DNA of 64,000 nt. Source: Candidatus Multivoradales bacterium. Its GTDB lineage: Bacteria > Acidobacteriota > Thermoanaerobaculia > Multivoradales > J023. Below are positions 49,715 through 59,298 of this stretch, in pieces. Every line of letters starts with the position of its first letter. The stretch's first letter is position 1. The notes below the pieces were generated by a model, which saw only the letters and a list, made by a program, of their open reading frames with translations, was not told the DNA's origin and made no database searches. Where the stretch lies: assembly GCA_965248925.1 (NCBI GenBank), contig CBDFLE010000006.1, forward strand, positions 416,001 to 480,000, read 5' to 3'. Made by a program: the position numbers and the translations under genes.

Positions 49715-51091
49715 ATGTACGCGAAGCACACCATGTCCAACGCTGTCGATGCCACCACCGGCTGCTCCCTCCACCCTCGGCCTCGCCGCTGCGCCTGGCG
49801 CTGGTTGTTGCGCCGAAATCCGGCAAGGGCTCTCGGCCTGCCGCTCGAGGAGCTGGCGCAGGCGATGGCCTTGCCGGCGGGACTCGATACTCGGGATCTG
49901 GCCGACACCGGTTGGGCGGTGGTGTTCCCCGAGGGTTGTGAACCGGAGCGCCGCCGGGCGCTCGCGCCCTTGCTCAACCTACGCCGGGAGCAGGCTGGGT
50001 GCCGCTATCGAGAGCTGATCTACCGACCGCGAGAAGGGGCCGGCGCTTTTCTCGCCCGCCATGGCGTCGCGCCGGGCCAGGGGCCGGTGGAGCCGCAGCG
50101 CCTGCCCTACTATCTCCTGCTCGCCGGCGACCCGCAGGAGATTCCTTTCGCGGTACAGCATTGCCTCGATCTGCGCTATGCCGTCGGCCGATTGCATTTT
50201 CCGCGGCGCTCGGGGGCAGGGGCCGACGATGAAGCTCTGTCCCGCTACGCGCACACAGTTCTGGCAGTGCAACTCGGCAACCTCCATCGCGGTCGCAGGG
50301 CGGCACTATTCGCACCCAGGTTTGGCGATCTGGTCAGCGAATTGATCAGTGATGAGCTGGTACCACCGCTCACGGCAGAGCTGAAGGCCAGCTGCTGGAA
50401 GGTGGACACACTGCTCGCAGCCGATGCCAGCAAGCACCGCCTCCGCGACCTCTTCCAAGTCGAGGCCGCACCGGCCTTGCTATTCGCCGCCACCCACGGT
50501 CTTAACTTTCCCCCCGCTCATGCCCAGCAGCTGAGACGCCAGGGTGCCCTGGTTTGCCAGGGTTGGCGATCCGGAGAAGCACCTCGTGGAGATCAAGTTC
50601 TCGCCGCCAGCGACCTCGGCGCCCCGGCGGGCGGCCTGGTGGCACTGCTCTTTGCCTGCTTTAGCGCCGGCACGCCACGGCAAGATCGTTTCTCTCTCCT
50701 CCGTCAGCCACCACGGCTGGCAAGGCAAGATTTCCTCGCCCGCCTGCCCCTCGACTTGCTGGGCGCCGAAAATGGCGCCCAGGCGGTCTTGGGCCACGTC
50801 GATCGGGCCTGGACCTTCTCCTTTCGCTGGGCCGAGGGCTTTCCCCTGGTCACTATGTTCCGAGATGTCGTCCACCGGATGCTGGCCGGCGAGCCGGTGG
50901 GCGCCGCCATGGAGGCCATCGGCCGCCGTACTGCGGGTCTCGCCGCCGACCTCCTCGACCCGGCGATGCGCGAGGACGCTGAAGCTCTCGAGTCGCTGTG
51001 GACGGCCTATCACGATTGCCGGAGCTTCGTTCTCCTCGGCGATCCGGCGATTCGCTTGGCAGCTGCGAGCGATGCCGAGGGAGACCCATGA
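49715..51091 (+). CDS. Gingipain/C25-like clan CD cysteine peptidase (no signal peptide)
   Basis: PYYLLL.GDP..IPF..Q...AVGRL, ATHG (His), FACFSAG (Cys), GHVDRAW, LLGDPA; start uncertain. Confidence 0.8.
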   Translation: MYAKHTMSNAVDATTGCSLHPRPRRCAWRWLLRRNPARALGLPLEELAQAMALPAGLDTRDLADTGWAVVFPEGCEPERRRALAPLLNLRREQAGCRYRELIYRPREGAGAFLARHGVAPGQGPVEPQRLPYYLLLAGDPQEIPFAVQHCLDLRYAVGRLHFPRRSGAGADDEALSRYAHTVLAVQLGNLHRGRRAALFAPRFGDLVSELISDELVPPLTAELKASCWKVDTLLAADASKHRLRDLFQVEAAPALLFAATHGLNFPPAHAQQLRRQGALVCQGWRSGEAPRGDQVLAASDLGAPAGGLVALLFACFSAGTPRQDRFSLLRQPPRLARQDFLARLPLDLLGAENGAQAVLGHVDRAWTFSFRWAEGFPLVTMFRDVVHRMLAGEPVGAAMEAIGRRTAGLAADLLDPAMREDAEALESLWTAYHDCRSFVLLGDPAIRLAAASDAEGDP

Positions 51092-53097
51092 GCGCCAGGC
51101 GCCCATGGGGCCGGCACAGCCGCTTCGATCGGGGCCGGGCGCTGCTGGTGACCGTTGCCAAGGCGACAGATCCGCCTTGGCTCGGCAGAGTTCTGAGGGA
51201 GGGCGGCAAAGCCTTGCAGGACGTGCTGGTAGATAGCCAACGCTGTGCCTACCACCCCGGCAACGTGATGCGCCTCGACGGCCCCGGCGCCAGCCTCAAG
51301 ATGGTGGACACCGAGCTCGAGCGTCTGGTTGAAGAAGCACGGCAAGGAGACACGGTGATTTTCTATTTCGCTGGTCATGGGAAGCGGGAACTCAACAATG
51401 GAGCCATGGCGCTATCCCTCTGCCTGCACGGCGGCCAACTCCTTTCACCGAGCGCCTTGCAGGCAAAGTTGGATTCCCTGGCCGAGAGGCTGGTCGGCGG
51501 CAAGTTGGTCATCATTCTCGATTGTTGCTGGGCCGGGGCATTGAACCTTCCAGCACCTCCTTTGCCAGGAGCGGCTAGCCCGCCAGCGATTCAGATCCTC
51601 TTCGAGCCTATAGAAAGGGGAGGGGGCCGGGTCGTGTTGGCCGCGGTGAGCGCCGATCAGCAGGCGATGGTGCCTGCCCGTCGCCCGCAGAGCCTGATGA
51701 CCGGCTTTCTTGTCGATGGACTGCGGGGCCAGGCCGGTGGAGCGCTTAGCGGGCGGCTCGGTAGTTGTGTGATCGAAGTCCTCTCCTGGATGCGGTGGCT
51801 GAACGGGTGGAGTCGCCGCTTGCAGGATCGGGGTTGGGGAACGGTGCGGGTCTTCGAACTCTTCGAGTTCGTCAGCCGCCAGGTCGAGAGAGAAGCCCAT
51901 CGGCAAGGCCTGGCGATTCACACGGTGGTGCTCAAGGCGGACGTGCGCCGCAACTTCGCCCTCGCCCTGCGACTCCCGAGCCTCTGGCTCTGTCTGCTAA
52001 TCCTAGCGGTCTTGGCTGCCGCTCTGGCCCTGCTCTACTGTCCCGAAGTAGAGCTCGGGCTGCGCGGCCCGCCGGTGGCCACCCTCGGAGCCCAAGTGTT
52101 GATCGAAGTGCGCGCCGATCGCTGTGTTGGCGGTGAGCTTGGCCTGGTCGCTCGCGCCGCGGCGGGAGGCGGCTGGTATCTCATCGGCACCCGCCGCATC
52201 ACGACCGCGGGGGTCTACCCCTTCGCCTTTGAGCCCGCCACCGAAACTCTGCAGGGAGAAGACTCCTATCAGCTGCGGGCCGTGCTCAGCCAACAGGCGC
52301 TGCCTCCAGGACCGTTCTCCCTGCCCCCGACCGCCGGTCGCTGGCGCCGATTGCTGATCCGACTGGCGCAAGTTGCCGGGGTCGACCCTCCGCCACCGGC
52401 CAGCATCTCCCCACCTACGGAGTTGCGCCTGGGGGCGATAGAAATCCTCAGCATCAACGGACAAGACCGAGCAGCCGCCCAACCGTCTCAGGCGGTGCCG
52501 GCGCTCGCCAGCGTCGCTGGCGTGGCCCACAACTTAGAGGGACAGCGGGTCGAGCTGCGGATCCGAGCACCAGGAGCCTCCGCGGTAGAGAGTCGGAGGG
52601 TAGCGCTGGTCGAAGGCGGCCGCTGGCAAGTCGCCTCTGTGCCACTGCGCGACGCCTACGCCTGGCATCCCCAAGATGTCGCCCTCGAGGCACGGATCGA
52701 GCTTGTCGGCGTCGAACCCTTCGTCTCCGCGGCCTGGAATCTCCGACTCGAGCCGCCGCGAGCTTGGATCATTGCTGCCGCCGACTGGACGCGCGGCGAG
52801 CAAGACTGTCGGCTACCCCCTTGGAGTAGCTTCGAGATCCGCGGCAGGGCACTGCATGTCCTCCCAGGAGAGGAGGCTTGTGTGGCGATCCTCGGCGAGG
52901 GTAAGACTACCCAAACCGGGCTGTGGTGCCGGCGGGCGGAGATAGACCCGGGCGGTCGCTGGGAGACGCGCATCGAAATCGCCGATGGCGAGCGTTTCCA
53001 GCTCTTCGCCGCGGTGTGCGCGAGGTGCCCGGATCGCCGCGGCCTGGCCACCCTGGGGACGGCGCAGCTCTGTCGGGCGAAAGGCAGCGGGCGATGA
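51088..53097 (+). CDS. Caspase-family (C14) peptidase with TM and extracytoplasmic repeat domains
   Basis: FYFAGHG and ILDCC dyad; TM LWLCLLILAVLAAALALL; ATGA-coupled. Confidence 0.85.
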   Translation: MSARRPWGRHSRFDRGRALLVTVAKATDPPWLGRVLREGGKALQDVLVDSQRCAYHPGNVMRLDGPGASLKMVDTELERLVEEARQGDTVIFYFAGHGKRELNNGAMALSLCLHGGQLLSPSALQAKLDSLAERLVGGKLVIILDCCWAGALNLPAPPLPGAASPPAIQILFEPIERGGGRVVLAAVSADQQAMVPARRPQSLMTGFLVDGLRGQAGGALSGRLGSCVIEVLSWMRWLNGWSRRLQDRGWGTVRVFELFEFVSRQVEREAHRQGLAIHTVVLKADVRRNFALALRLPSLWLCLLILAVLAAALALLYCPEVELGLRGPPVATLGAQVLIEVRADRCVGGELGLVARAAAGGGWYLIGTRRITTAGVYPFAFEPATETLQGEDSYQLRAVLSQQALPPGPFSLPPTAGRWRRLLIRLAQVAGVDPPPPASISPPTELRLGAIEILSINGQDRAAAQPSQAVPALASVAGVAHNLEGQRVELRIRAPGASAVESRRVALVEGGRWQVASVPLRDAYAWHPQDVALEARIELVGVEPFVSAAWNLRLEPPRAWIIAAADWTRGEQDCRLPPWSSFEIRGRALHVLPGEEACVAILGEGKTTQTGLWCRRAEIDPGGRWETRIEIADGERFQLFAAVCARCPDRRGLATLGTAQLCRAKGSGR

Positions 53098-54821
53098 CGT
53101 TCCGAGGCGAGAGTCCAACCCGGATGGGAGCGGCACTGCTGCGCCGGCTCGGCGTTTCTCGATTGCGGCTCCCCTGCCGACTGAAGAGGGTGTTGGCGGT
53201 GCTGTGGCCGCTCCTGATGCCGCTGCCCCTGGTCGCCGGGGCGCCAGTTTCCTCACCGGTCAAGGTAGAGATCGTCTCTATCGCCGGGCGGAAGGTGCGG
53301 CAGGTGGTGGAAGTAGAGGCACAGGAGGATATGGCCGGCACCCTGGCCACCATCTCTTCCGGTCTGCCCGAATCCACCTGGGTGCTACAGATTGCCCGCC
53401 GTGAAGTGGGGCAACAGGACTGGCACATCTTGCGCCCTCTGGCCAAGCTCGAGGTAGCGCAACGGGAAATCCAGTGGCGGCTCACCGGGGTGGATTTCGG
53501 TAGCGGCCTGGCCTTTGGCGGCTGTGGTCGCGACTTCGAAGTGATGGCGGTCGCAGCTACCCACCCCCTGCCCCTATCGGCCTTCGGCGAGATGGCCTTG
53601 AGCGCCGCCGCCGCGCTCTCCGCGCCGGTCAAAGTGCACCGCCAGGCGTGCCGCCTGCCGCCGCTACCGGCTCCACAGCCCAACATCCGTATCGCCGAAA
53701 TCGGCACGCGTGCGGTAGATCCCGACAGCAGGTACGAGGTCCGCCTGCAAGAGACCCTCCACGGCGAAGTCATAAAAACGGCCGAAACGGTCGTCAGATT
53801 AGTGGTACAGCCGCTCAACGTGACCGCGAGGTGGGTGATGGAAATGGATCCGCAGATCAGCGGACCACGGTGGACCGGACAGGCTCTGTTCGGGCGCCAA
53901 GGGTTGGATGAGTGGGTGGATTTTCTGGTCTTTGCGGTAGTGACGGATCCGCGCCTACCGACCGGCCGAGGCATCAAACCCGACGAGTGGCGCCGCCTGC
54001 AGCGCCAGTTCTTCCTGGCCACCTCGCCTGCCATCCTGGTGCGCCGGGTCGAGTTGCCCGAGGGAGAGCAAGGCACCCTCGAGATTCTGGCCATCGAAGG
54101 TAAGAGCGTGGCGGAACCCGGCCTCTACTTGGTCGATCGGCTCAGCGGCATTGTCGGCATCCTGCAAGGACATTCCCGATCGCGCAATGAGGATGTTTGG
54201 GTGCTGGCCATGGAGCGACACGGTGACGATGTGTGGCGGGTGCTCGGCAAGGCCTCCATCCGTGACCATCGCTTCTGGCAACTTCCACCCACCACCCTGG
54301 GCAAGCCGGGAGCGCTTATCGACCTGGTCGCCGTGCTGTCGCCACAACCGATTGTCACTTTGGGCTCCGATGCAATAAATCACGAGATATCGATCTCCCA
54401 GCGGGTGCAGGTGATCCTCGACGACCGGTCGCCGGTGGAGCTGCTTTGGACTTGTGTTGGCGGCCAGCAGGCCGCCGAGCTGGAAACCTTGACGGTACCG
54501 CCGTTCGGTGATTTGGCAGGACTGGTCGGCGGACGCCCGCTGGCGCCTGAAGAGCAAGTCACGATCTTCAAGCGGCGGCCTGACAAGGGGCCCTGGCAGC
54601 TCCTCCGTCATGCCAGCTTCGACAGCGAGCAACGCAGCCATTGGTCGGTCTTGCCGGTGGAGCTCGGCCGACCCGGCGAAAGCTTGCTGCTGCTGGCGGC
54701 GATCACCCGTGGCGAGGTGCGCGACCCGGAGAGCGCCGATCCTGGCGCCATCGTACGCCTCTCCCACCTGCTCGAAATCAAGATCAGGAAGACCCGCGGA
54801 GCCTACGGCAGATGCCGGTGA
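53094..54821 (+). CDS. Exported protein with ~4 beta-rich repeat domains
   Basis: Signal-like stretch; repeats starting VEIVSIAG/IRIAEIG/LEILAIEG/VELLWTCVGG; ATGA-coupled. Confidence 0.75.
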   Translation: MTFRGESPTRMGAALLRRLGVSRLRLPCRLKRVLAVLWPLLMPLPLVAGAPVSSPVKVEIVSIAGRKVRQVVEVEAQEDMAGTLATISSGLPESTWVLQIARREVGQQDWHILRPLAKLEVAQREIQWRLTGVDFGSGLAFGGCGRDFEVMAVAATHPLPLSAFGEMALSAAAALSAPVKVHRQACRLPPLPAPQPNIRIAEIGTRAVDPDSRYEVRLQETLHGEVIKTAETVVRLVVQPLNVTARWVMEMDPQISGPRWTGQALFGRQGLDEWVDFLVFAVVTDPRLPTGRGIKPDEWRRLQRQFFLATSPAILVRRVELPEGEQGTLEILAIEGKSVAEPGLYLVDRLSGIVGILQGHSRSRNEDVWVLAMERHGDDVWRVLGKASIRDHRFWQLPPTTLGKPGALIDLVAVLSPQPIVTLGSDAINHEISISQRVQVILDDRSPVELLWTCVGGQQAAELETLTVPPFGDLAGLVGGRPLAPEEQVTIFKRRPDKGPWQLLRHASFDSEQRSHWSVLPVELGRPGESLLLLAAITRGEVRDPESADPGAIVRLSHLLEIKIRKTRGAYGRCR

Positions 54822-57322
54822 GAGCCCTGATATTTCTGGCTCTGCTGGGCTGGCCCGGCCTGGGGCAAGGCCAGCAGCCGATCGCCGGTGGACCAGCGCC
54901 CGCGGCGACTTCGATACATCCCAGCTACGGCCCGCTGATCCATCTTCGGCGCCTCGGCGGGCTCGCCCTCGAGCCTGGGTCGCCGCCGCTTCGCTTGGAT
55001 GCTTACCGCGCCTGGGCGGGGCTCGACGCCGACCTCGAAATCTGGCCACCTTCAGTGCCTGCCGGAAGTGTCTGGGTGATGGTCCAGGGCCGCAGTAGCG
55101 ACACTTGGCTAGCCTACGGGCCCGCCAACCACAGCCAAGGAAGGTGGATCGTGCCCGGCGTTCGTCTCGGTGAAGGCATCGACCAGGGGCGCAGCTACCA
55201 ACTACGGGCGGCGATCCTGCCCGAAGATCTGGTGCCACGCTCCGGTCATCCAGTGGTGGGTTGGCTGGCACGGGCGCTGGTGTTTTCGCCGGCAGTGTCG
55301 ATCAGCGTCGAGCATCGTGCGGTCATACCCCTGCAACCCGCTGGCGCGGCCCGCTTGTGGATCTCGACCATCGATCACCGCACACCAGCAGTGCTCGAGC
55401 CGATGGCAACGGCCGCGGTCGTCGAGGTCGAGGGAACACTCGCTCTTCCAGATGACCTGGCCACAGCAGCAGTGAGCGGCGAATCGCCCCAAGTCTATGT
55501 GGTGGTAAGGCCCGCTGGCGGCAGCGGGCGGCGGGTCTTCGGCCCCGCCGGGATCAGTGGCGGGACCTGGCGGCAGGCCGAAGTAGCGGTGGCGGAAGCT
55601 GGAGAACGGCATTGGCTGCACTACCGGCTCCATGCCGTCTTGGCCTCAGAACCACCGCCGGGGGATCTCGAGAACGATGCCGCCTACAGCCGTTGGCGAC
55701 ACGGTGCAAGGGCGGCTTCCCGCTCCATCGATCTCACCATTCGGCCACGAGAGACACCGCCTAGTCTGCCGGCTCCAGAGATCTACCTCGAGGCAGTGAA
55801 GACCGCCCAAGGCGAAATCCTCGGCGACCAACAACCTGTCTTCGTGCGCACCGACGACCCGATTGTCGAGATCAGCGGCCGGGTGGAGGGCGCGCCTCAA
55901 GGCGCCTATGTCTGGGTGCTCGTTCATTCGCCGAACACCCCGGTCTGGGAGACCCTGGGGCCGGCCCTGCTCGAGCCTCCGCGCTGGCGGCTACCGCTTG
56001 CCGCCGGCAGTCCCCGGAGCCCCGCCACCGGTTCGCGAATGATGGCCATCTTGACCACCGAGGCCCAATTGACAGGCTGGGTGAGGTACGCCTCCTGGCG
56101 GCGCCGGGCTCTGGCGGTTTCAGAAAGCCTGAGCTTGCAGTTCGTGGGCGCTGGCGAAACGCGAGACCAGGGATCTGCCGAATCCAGCCTTAGGATCCGC
56201 CGTGTCGCGGGGACGGTAGTCGGCAAGGCGCCGGCCGAGGCGGCATTGAGCGACGATCCGTCGGTACAAGGTTCCGTCACTGGCCTGCCCGCGGATGCCG
56301 GAGTGTGGGTGGCCAGCCGCCCCCTCAAGGCGCAGCAGTGGGCCCTCAGCGGCCCGGCGCTGATCCACGGCGACCACTGGTACTTGCCACAGGCGCGCTT
56401 TGCCGACGGCACAGAGGCGACCGATCGCCCGGGGGAGTTTGACCTTGTTGCCCTCGTCGCCACCGGTGAGCCACCGGCACCAGCCATCGCCCAGACCGAC
56501 CTACGCTGGCTGGCCCGCGCCACCTCACCGGTAGTGCGGATCCGTGATCTCGATGCCAAGCCGCGGACCCGACAGCGGCGAACATTCACTTTCTGGAGGG
56601 CCTTGCCGATGGATCTATGGCTGCTACCCCTGGCGATCGTGCTGCTGCTGGTTGTCCTGCTCACCCTGGCCTCCCTATTCGAGACGTTCGCTCGCCTCTG
56701 CCTGGACCTCGCCCAGAATGTAGATCGGCTCAGCGTCTACCTGCACCGGCAGTTTGCCTACCTCCCTAGAACTCGGGCCGACGCCTCGGTGATCGGACTC
56801 ATCGTGCTCGCCATAGCTCTCTTTGCCATCTCCGTCTACCTACCCGTTTACACCCAAGTCCTGGCAACCACCTTCAAATTGACCGAAGAGGTGGCGAAAA
56901 GCCTTGCCTTGATGCTGGTCTGCGCCACCGGCCTGGCCGGCATCCTCATTCACTTATCGCTCGAATTCGAAGACCAGGAACGGGCGGGATTTCTGTCCAA
57001 TTTTCTCGCTAGCCTGTGCATGTGCGTGACCCCACTCCTGTGGTTCTTCCAGGCGGTGGTCTACCACCACTTCTACTCGCAACAGCTCGGTTCCGCCGGG
57101 GAGGCGTCCCTGCCCTTCGCCATGGCCCTGGCGGCGTTCTTTATCTCCTTTATCGAAACCCTCGCTTTCTTCTGGGCGACCCGTCTCGGGCTCGGCGTGA
57201 TTACCTGGCTTTGCGTACATCTGCTACTCGCTCCATTGCACCTACTAGCCCGCCTGGCAGAGTTGGCCGGGAAGTCTCGGCAACCTGGCGACATCCACAA
57301 CAAAAGTGAGGCAAGCCCATGA
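54812..57322 (+). CDS. Exported repeat protein (~4 domains) with C-terminal multi-pass membrane region
   Basis: Signal peptide; repeated G...VWV.V...W...GPA...W..P motifs; ~6 hydrophobic helices at the C-terminus. Confidence 0.78.
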   Translation: MPVRALIFLALLGWPGLGQGQQPIAGGPAPAATSIHPSYGPLIHLRRLGGLALEPGSPPLRLDAYRAWAGLDADLEIWPPSVPAGSVWVMVQGRSSDTWLAYGPANHSQGRWIVPGVRLGEGIDQGRSYQLRAAILPEDLVPRSGHPVVGWLARALVFSPAVSISVEHRAVIPLQPAGAARLWISTIDHRTPAVLEPMATAAVVEVEGTLALPDDLATAAVSGESPQVYVVVRPAGGSGRRVFGPAGISGGTWRQAEVAVAEAGERHWLHYRLHAVLASEPPPGDLENDAAYSRWRHGARAASRSIDLTIRPRETPPSLPAPEIYLEAVKTAQGEILGDQQPVFVRTDDPIVEISGRVEGAPQGAYVWVLVHSPNTPVWETLGPALLEPPRWRLPLAAGSPRSPATGSRMMAILTTEAQLTGWVRYASWRRRALAVSESLSLQFVGAGETRDQGSAESSLRIRRVAGTVVGKAPAEAALSDDPSVQGSVTGLPADAGVWVASRPLKAQQWALSGPALIHGDHWYLPQARFADGTEATDRPGEFDLVALVATGEPPAPAIAQTDLRWLARATSPVVRIRDLDAKPRTRQRRTFTFWRALPMDLWLLPLAIVLLLVVLLTLASLFETFARLCLDLAQNVDRLSVYLHRQFAYLPRTRADASVIGLIVLAIALFAISVYLPVYTQVLATTFKLTEEVAKSLALMLVCATGLAGILIHLSLEFEDQERAGFLSNFLASLCMCVTPLLWFFQAVVYHHFYSQQLGSAGEASLPFAMALAAFFISFIETLAFFWATRLGLGVITWLCVHLLLAPLHLLARLAELAGKSRQPGDIHNKSEASP

Positions 57323-58137
57323 AAATGTTTCTCGTCGCTCCTATTGTGCTCATCCTGATCGCCTGCATTATTTGGTATCTTGTCAAACCAGATCCCTGGA
57401 AACCAGAGGGGGAGACCTATCGACGCGACATCTTCCTACTGATTGACCAGACTCCGTCGATAAGCGAAGAGGAATTCGGACTGCTCAAAGACCTAGCCTT
57501 GAAAAAAATAATAAAGCATCTTGGTCCGGGTGATCGGCTCTCTTGCTTCAGCGTTGATGTGGAGTTCACAGAAGCAGATGACCTGATCTTCGAGGCCGCG
57601 GGAGAGTTGCCGAAGCTGCCAGACAACTATCCGGTCGAAGAAACTGATCCATGGCCGGAACGAGCGCGATTGGACCTTGCCCGCCGGTGGGCGTCGTTCG
57701 AGCCCATCCGGGCGGACTGGGTCGAAAAGATTACCGCACTCGAACTCTTACCTCCCACCAAGAGCAGCGACTATTTCCCGGCCATCGAGTATCTGGGCGG
57801 GCTGATGACGACGAGATGCAAAGCCGCCGAGTGCTGGCTGATCGTCCTGGGAGATCTCAAGCATGAGCCCTTGTCTGATCTCGAATCCATGGCCGACGAC
57901 CTAGCCACCCCGAGCTTGTTCACCGGGGTCAAGGCGCGACTGGTGTCGCCTTACGGCACAAACTCCGACGCAGAGCAAAAGAAAATCGAAGGCGCCTGGG
58001 AGAAGTTCTTCCCTCACCCAGACGACCAAGACCATCTATTCAATTCGCTTGTCGGTTTCTCCGGCCTACCCGAAACCAGCGCACCGCGTCCCGAATCCCT
58101 AGCCAAAAACCCTACTGAACCGCAAGGGGGTCCATGA
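57319..58137 (+). CDS. Membrane-anchored VWA-like protein
   Basis: N-terminal TM; IFLLIDQTPS (MIDAS-like DxTxS), SDYFPAI, LIVLGD. Confidence 0.65.
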   Translation: MKMFLVAPIVLILIACIIWYLVKPDPWKPEGETYRRDIFLLIDQTPSISEEEFGLLKDLALKKIIKHLGPGDRLSCFSVDVEFTEADDLIFEAAGELPKLPDNYPVEETDPWPERARLDLARRWASFEPIRADWVEKITALELLPPTKSSDYFPAIEYLGGLMTTRCKAAECWLIVLGDLKHEPLSDLESMADDLATPSLFTGVKARLVSPYGTNSDAEQKKIEGAWEKFFPHPDDQDHLFNSLVGFSGLPETSAPRPESLAKNPTEPQGGP

Positions 58138-58643
58138 TGTCCACAATTCCGAATTCTCCGATCCGTACTCTGGCCAAGACCTCGACCAGGCGCGGCGGGC
58201 CTCGCGGGTCGGCAAAGTTGTTGGGGCTTGCGTTGCTAGTTCTCACCGCTGGTGGCTGCGCTTCAGCCCCTGCGGCCCTCGACGTACAGCCGCGGACCGA
58301 GTTGGTCGCTTGGCAGTTCGACCCCTCGTGTGCTGAGACGCAGCCCTGTCCACGGGTCTACATTCGCGGACGGGCGCCCGCCGGGCTGGCCGTCTTCGTG
58401 GCGGTGGCTCCCCTCACCGCGGCTCCCAAGATGTGGATCCAGCCGCCCATCCTAGTCCGCAGAGACGGCTCTTTCGAAGGTCTTGCCTATCTCGGGTCCG
58501 AAACCCAAGGCGCTGGCCAGAGGTTCCAACTGCTGGTCCTGGCACATCGGGACCCGCAGCGTTTTCGCACCGAGGAAATCTTGACCGACGTCCCCCTCGA
58601 CTGCACGGTCAGCGATCCTGTGACCGTCCAACGAGTCCACTAG
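58134..58643 (+). CDS. Lipoprotein with one copy of the operon repeat domain
   Basis: Lipobox-like AGGC; RGRAP...VFVAV.P...WIQPP...DGSF...LG...G.RFQL.VLA. Confidence 0.75.
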   Translation: MMSTIPNSPIRTLAKTSTRRGGPRGSAKLLGLALLVLTAGGCASAPAALDVQPRTELVAWQFDPSCAETQPCPRVYIRGRAPAGLAVFVAVAPLTAAPKMWIQPPILVRRDGSFEGLAYLGSETQGAGQRFQLLVLAHRDPQRFRTEEILTDVPLDCTVSDPVTVQRVH

Positions 58644-58656
58644 AAGGGAGGTCAGA

Positions 58657-58755
58657 ATGAAAGTCTTCTGGATCTGTACCCTGCTCAGCGGGTGTTGGGC
58701 CGCGGAGGCCTTCGGTCAAGAAGAGAGCCGACTCGGCCTGAGACAAGAACCCTAG
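58657..58755 (+). pseudogene. Truncated exported-protein start
   Basis: GGGAGG RBS; MKVFWICTLLSGCWAAEAFGQEE signal peptide, stop after 32 aa. Confidence 0.45.
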
Positions 58756-58758
58756 TTA

Positions 58759-59298
58759 TCAATCGATCAGCTTGGCAAGCCGTAGGCCGAGGGCTTCGAG
58801 TTCTTCGGGCGCTGCCTCGGGCCATAACACCTGACCGCCGACGAACGCCGCGTACTCGATGCGGGCCAGCTTGCGGCAAGAACTCGGATCAGCCGAGCTG
58901 CGACTGCCGCGCAGCTCGGCGAGGTAGTCGATGCGGGCTTCATCGACCCGGCGAACCTCCGCTCTGACCTGCGATTCTACCGCCCCGAGATTCCGCATCC
59001 CCAGCTCAACAGCACCGTTGAGGCGCACCGCGAGATGATTCAGCCGTTGCAACCGCGAGCCAACATCGCCCTCGGCGGTAGCTAGAATCAGTGCCGCGGT
59101 GTTGCGCTGCCGCCAGAGGTCGGTCATTGCCGCGACGAACTCCGAATGCTCGCGAAAGTGGTGGTAGAAGCTGCCGCGAGTACGATCCGCCGCCGCGCAC
59201 AAGCTCTCGAGGGTCAGCCCGGCCGGCCCTTGGCCGGCGAGCTGCCGCAGCCCCAATTCCAGCCAATCCCGCCGGGCGAAGCGCTGCCGCGCTTTCAT
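58759..59298 (-). CDS. TetR-family regulator
   Basis: W...GL..L...G...LT...L......TRGSFYHHF. Confidence 0.88.
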   Translation of the reverse strand: MKARQRFARRDWLELGLRQLAGQGPAGLTLESLCAAADRTRGSFYHHFREHSEFVAAMTDLWRQRNTAALILATAEGDVGSRLQRLNHLAVRLNGAVELGMRNLGAVESQVRAEVRRVDEARIDYLAELRGSRSSADPSSCRKLARIEYAAFVGGQVLWPEAAPEELEALGLRLAKLID

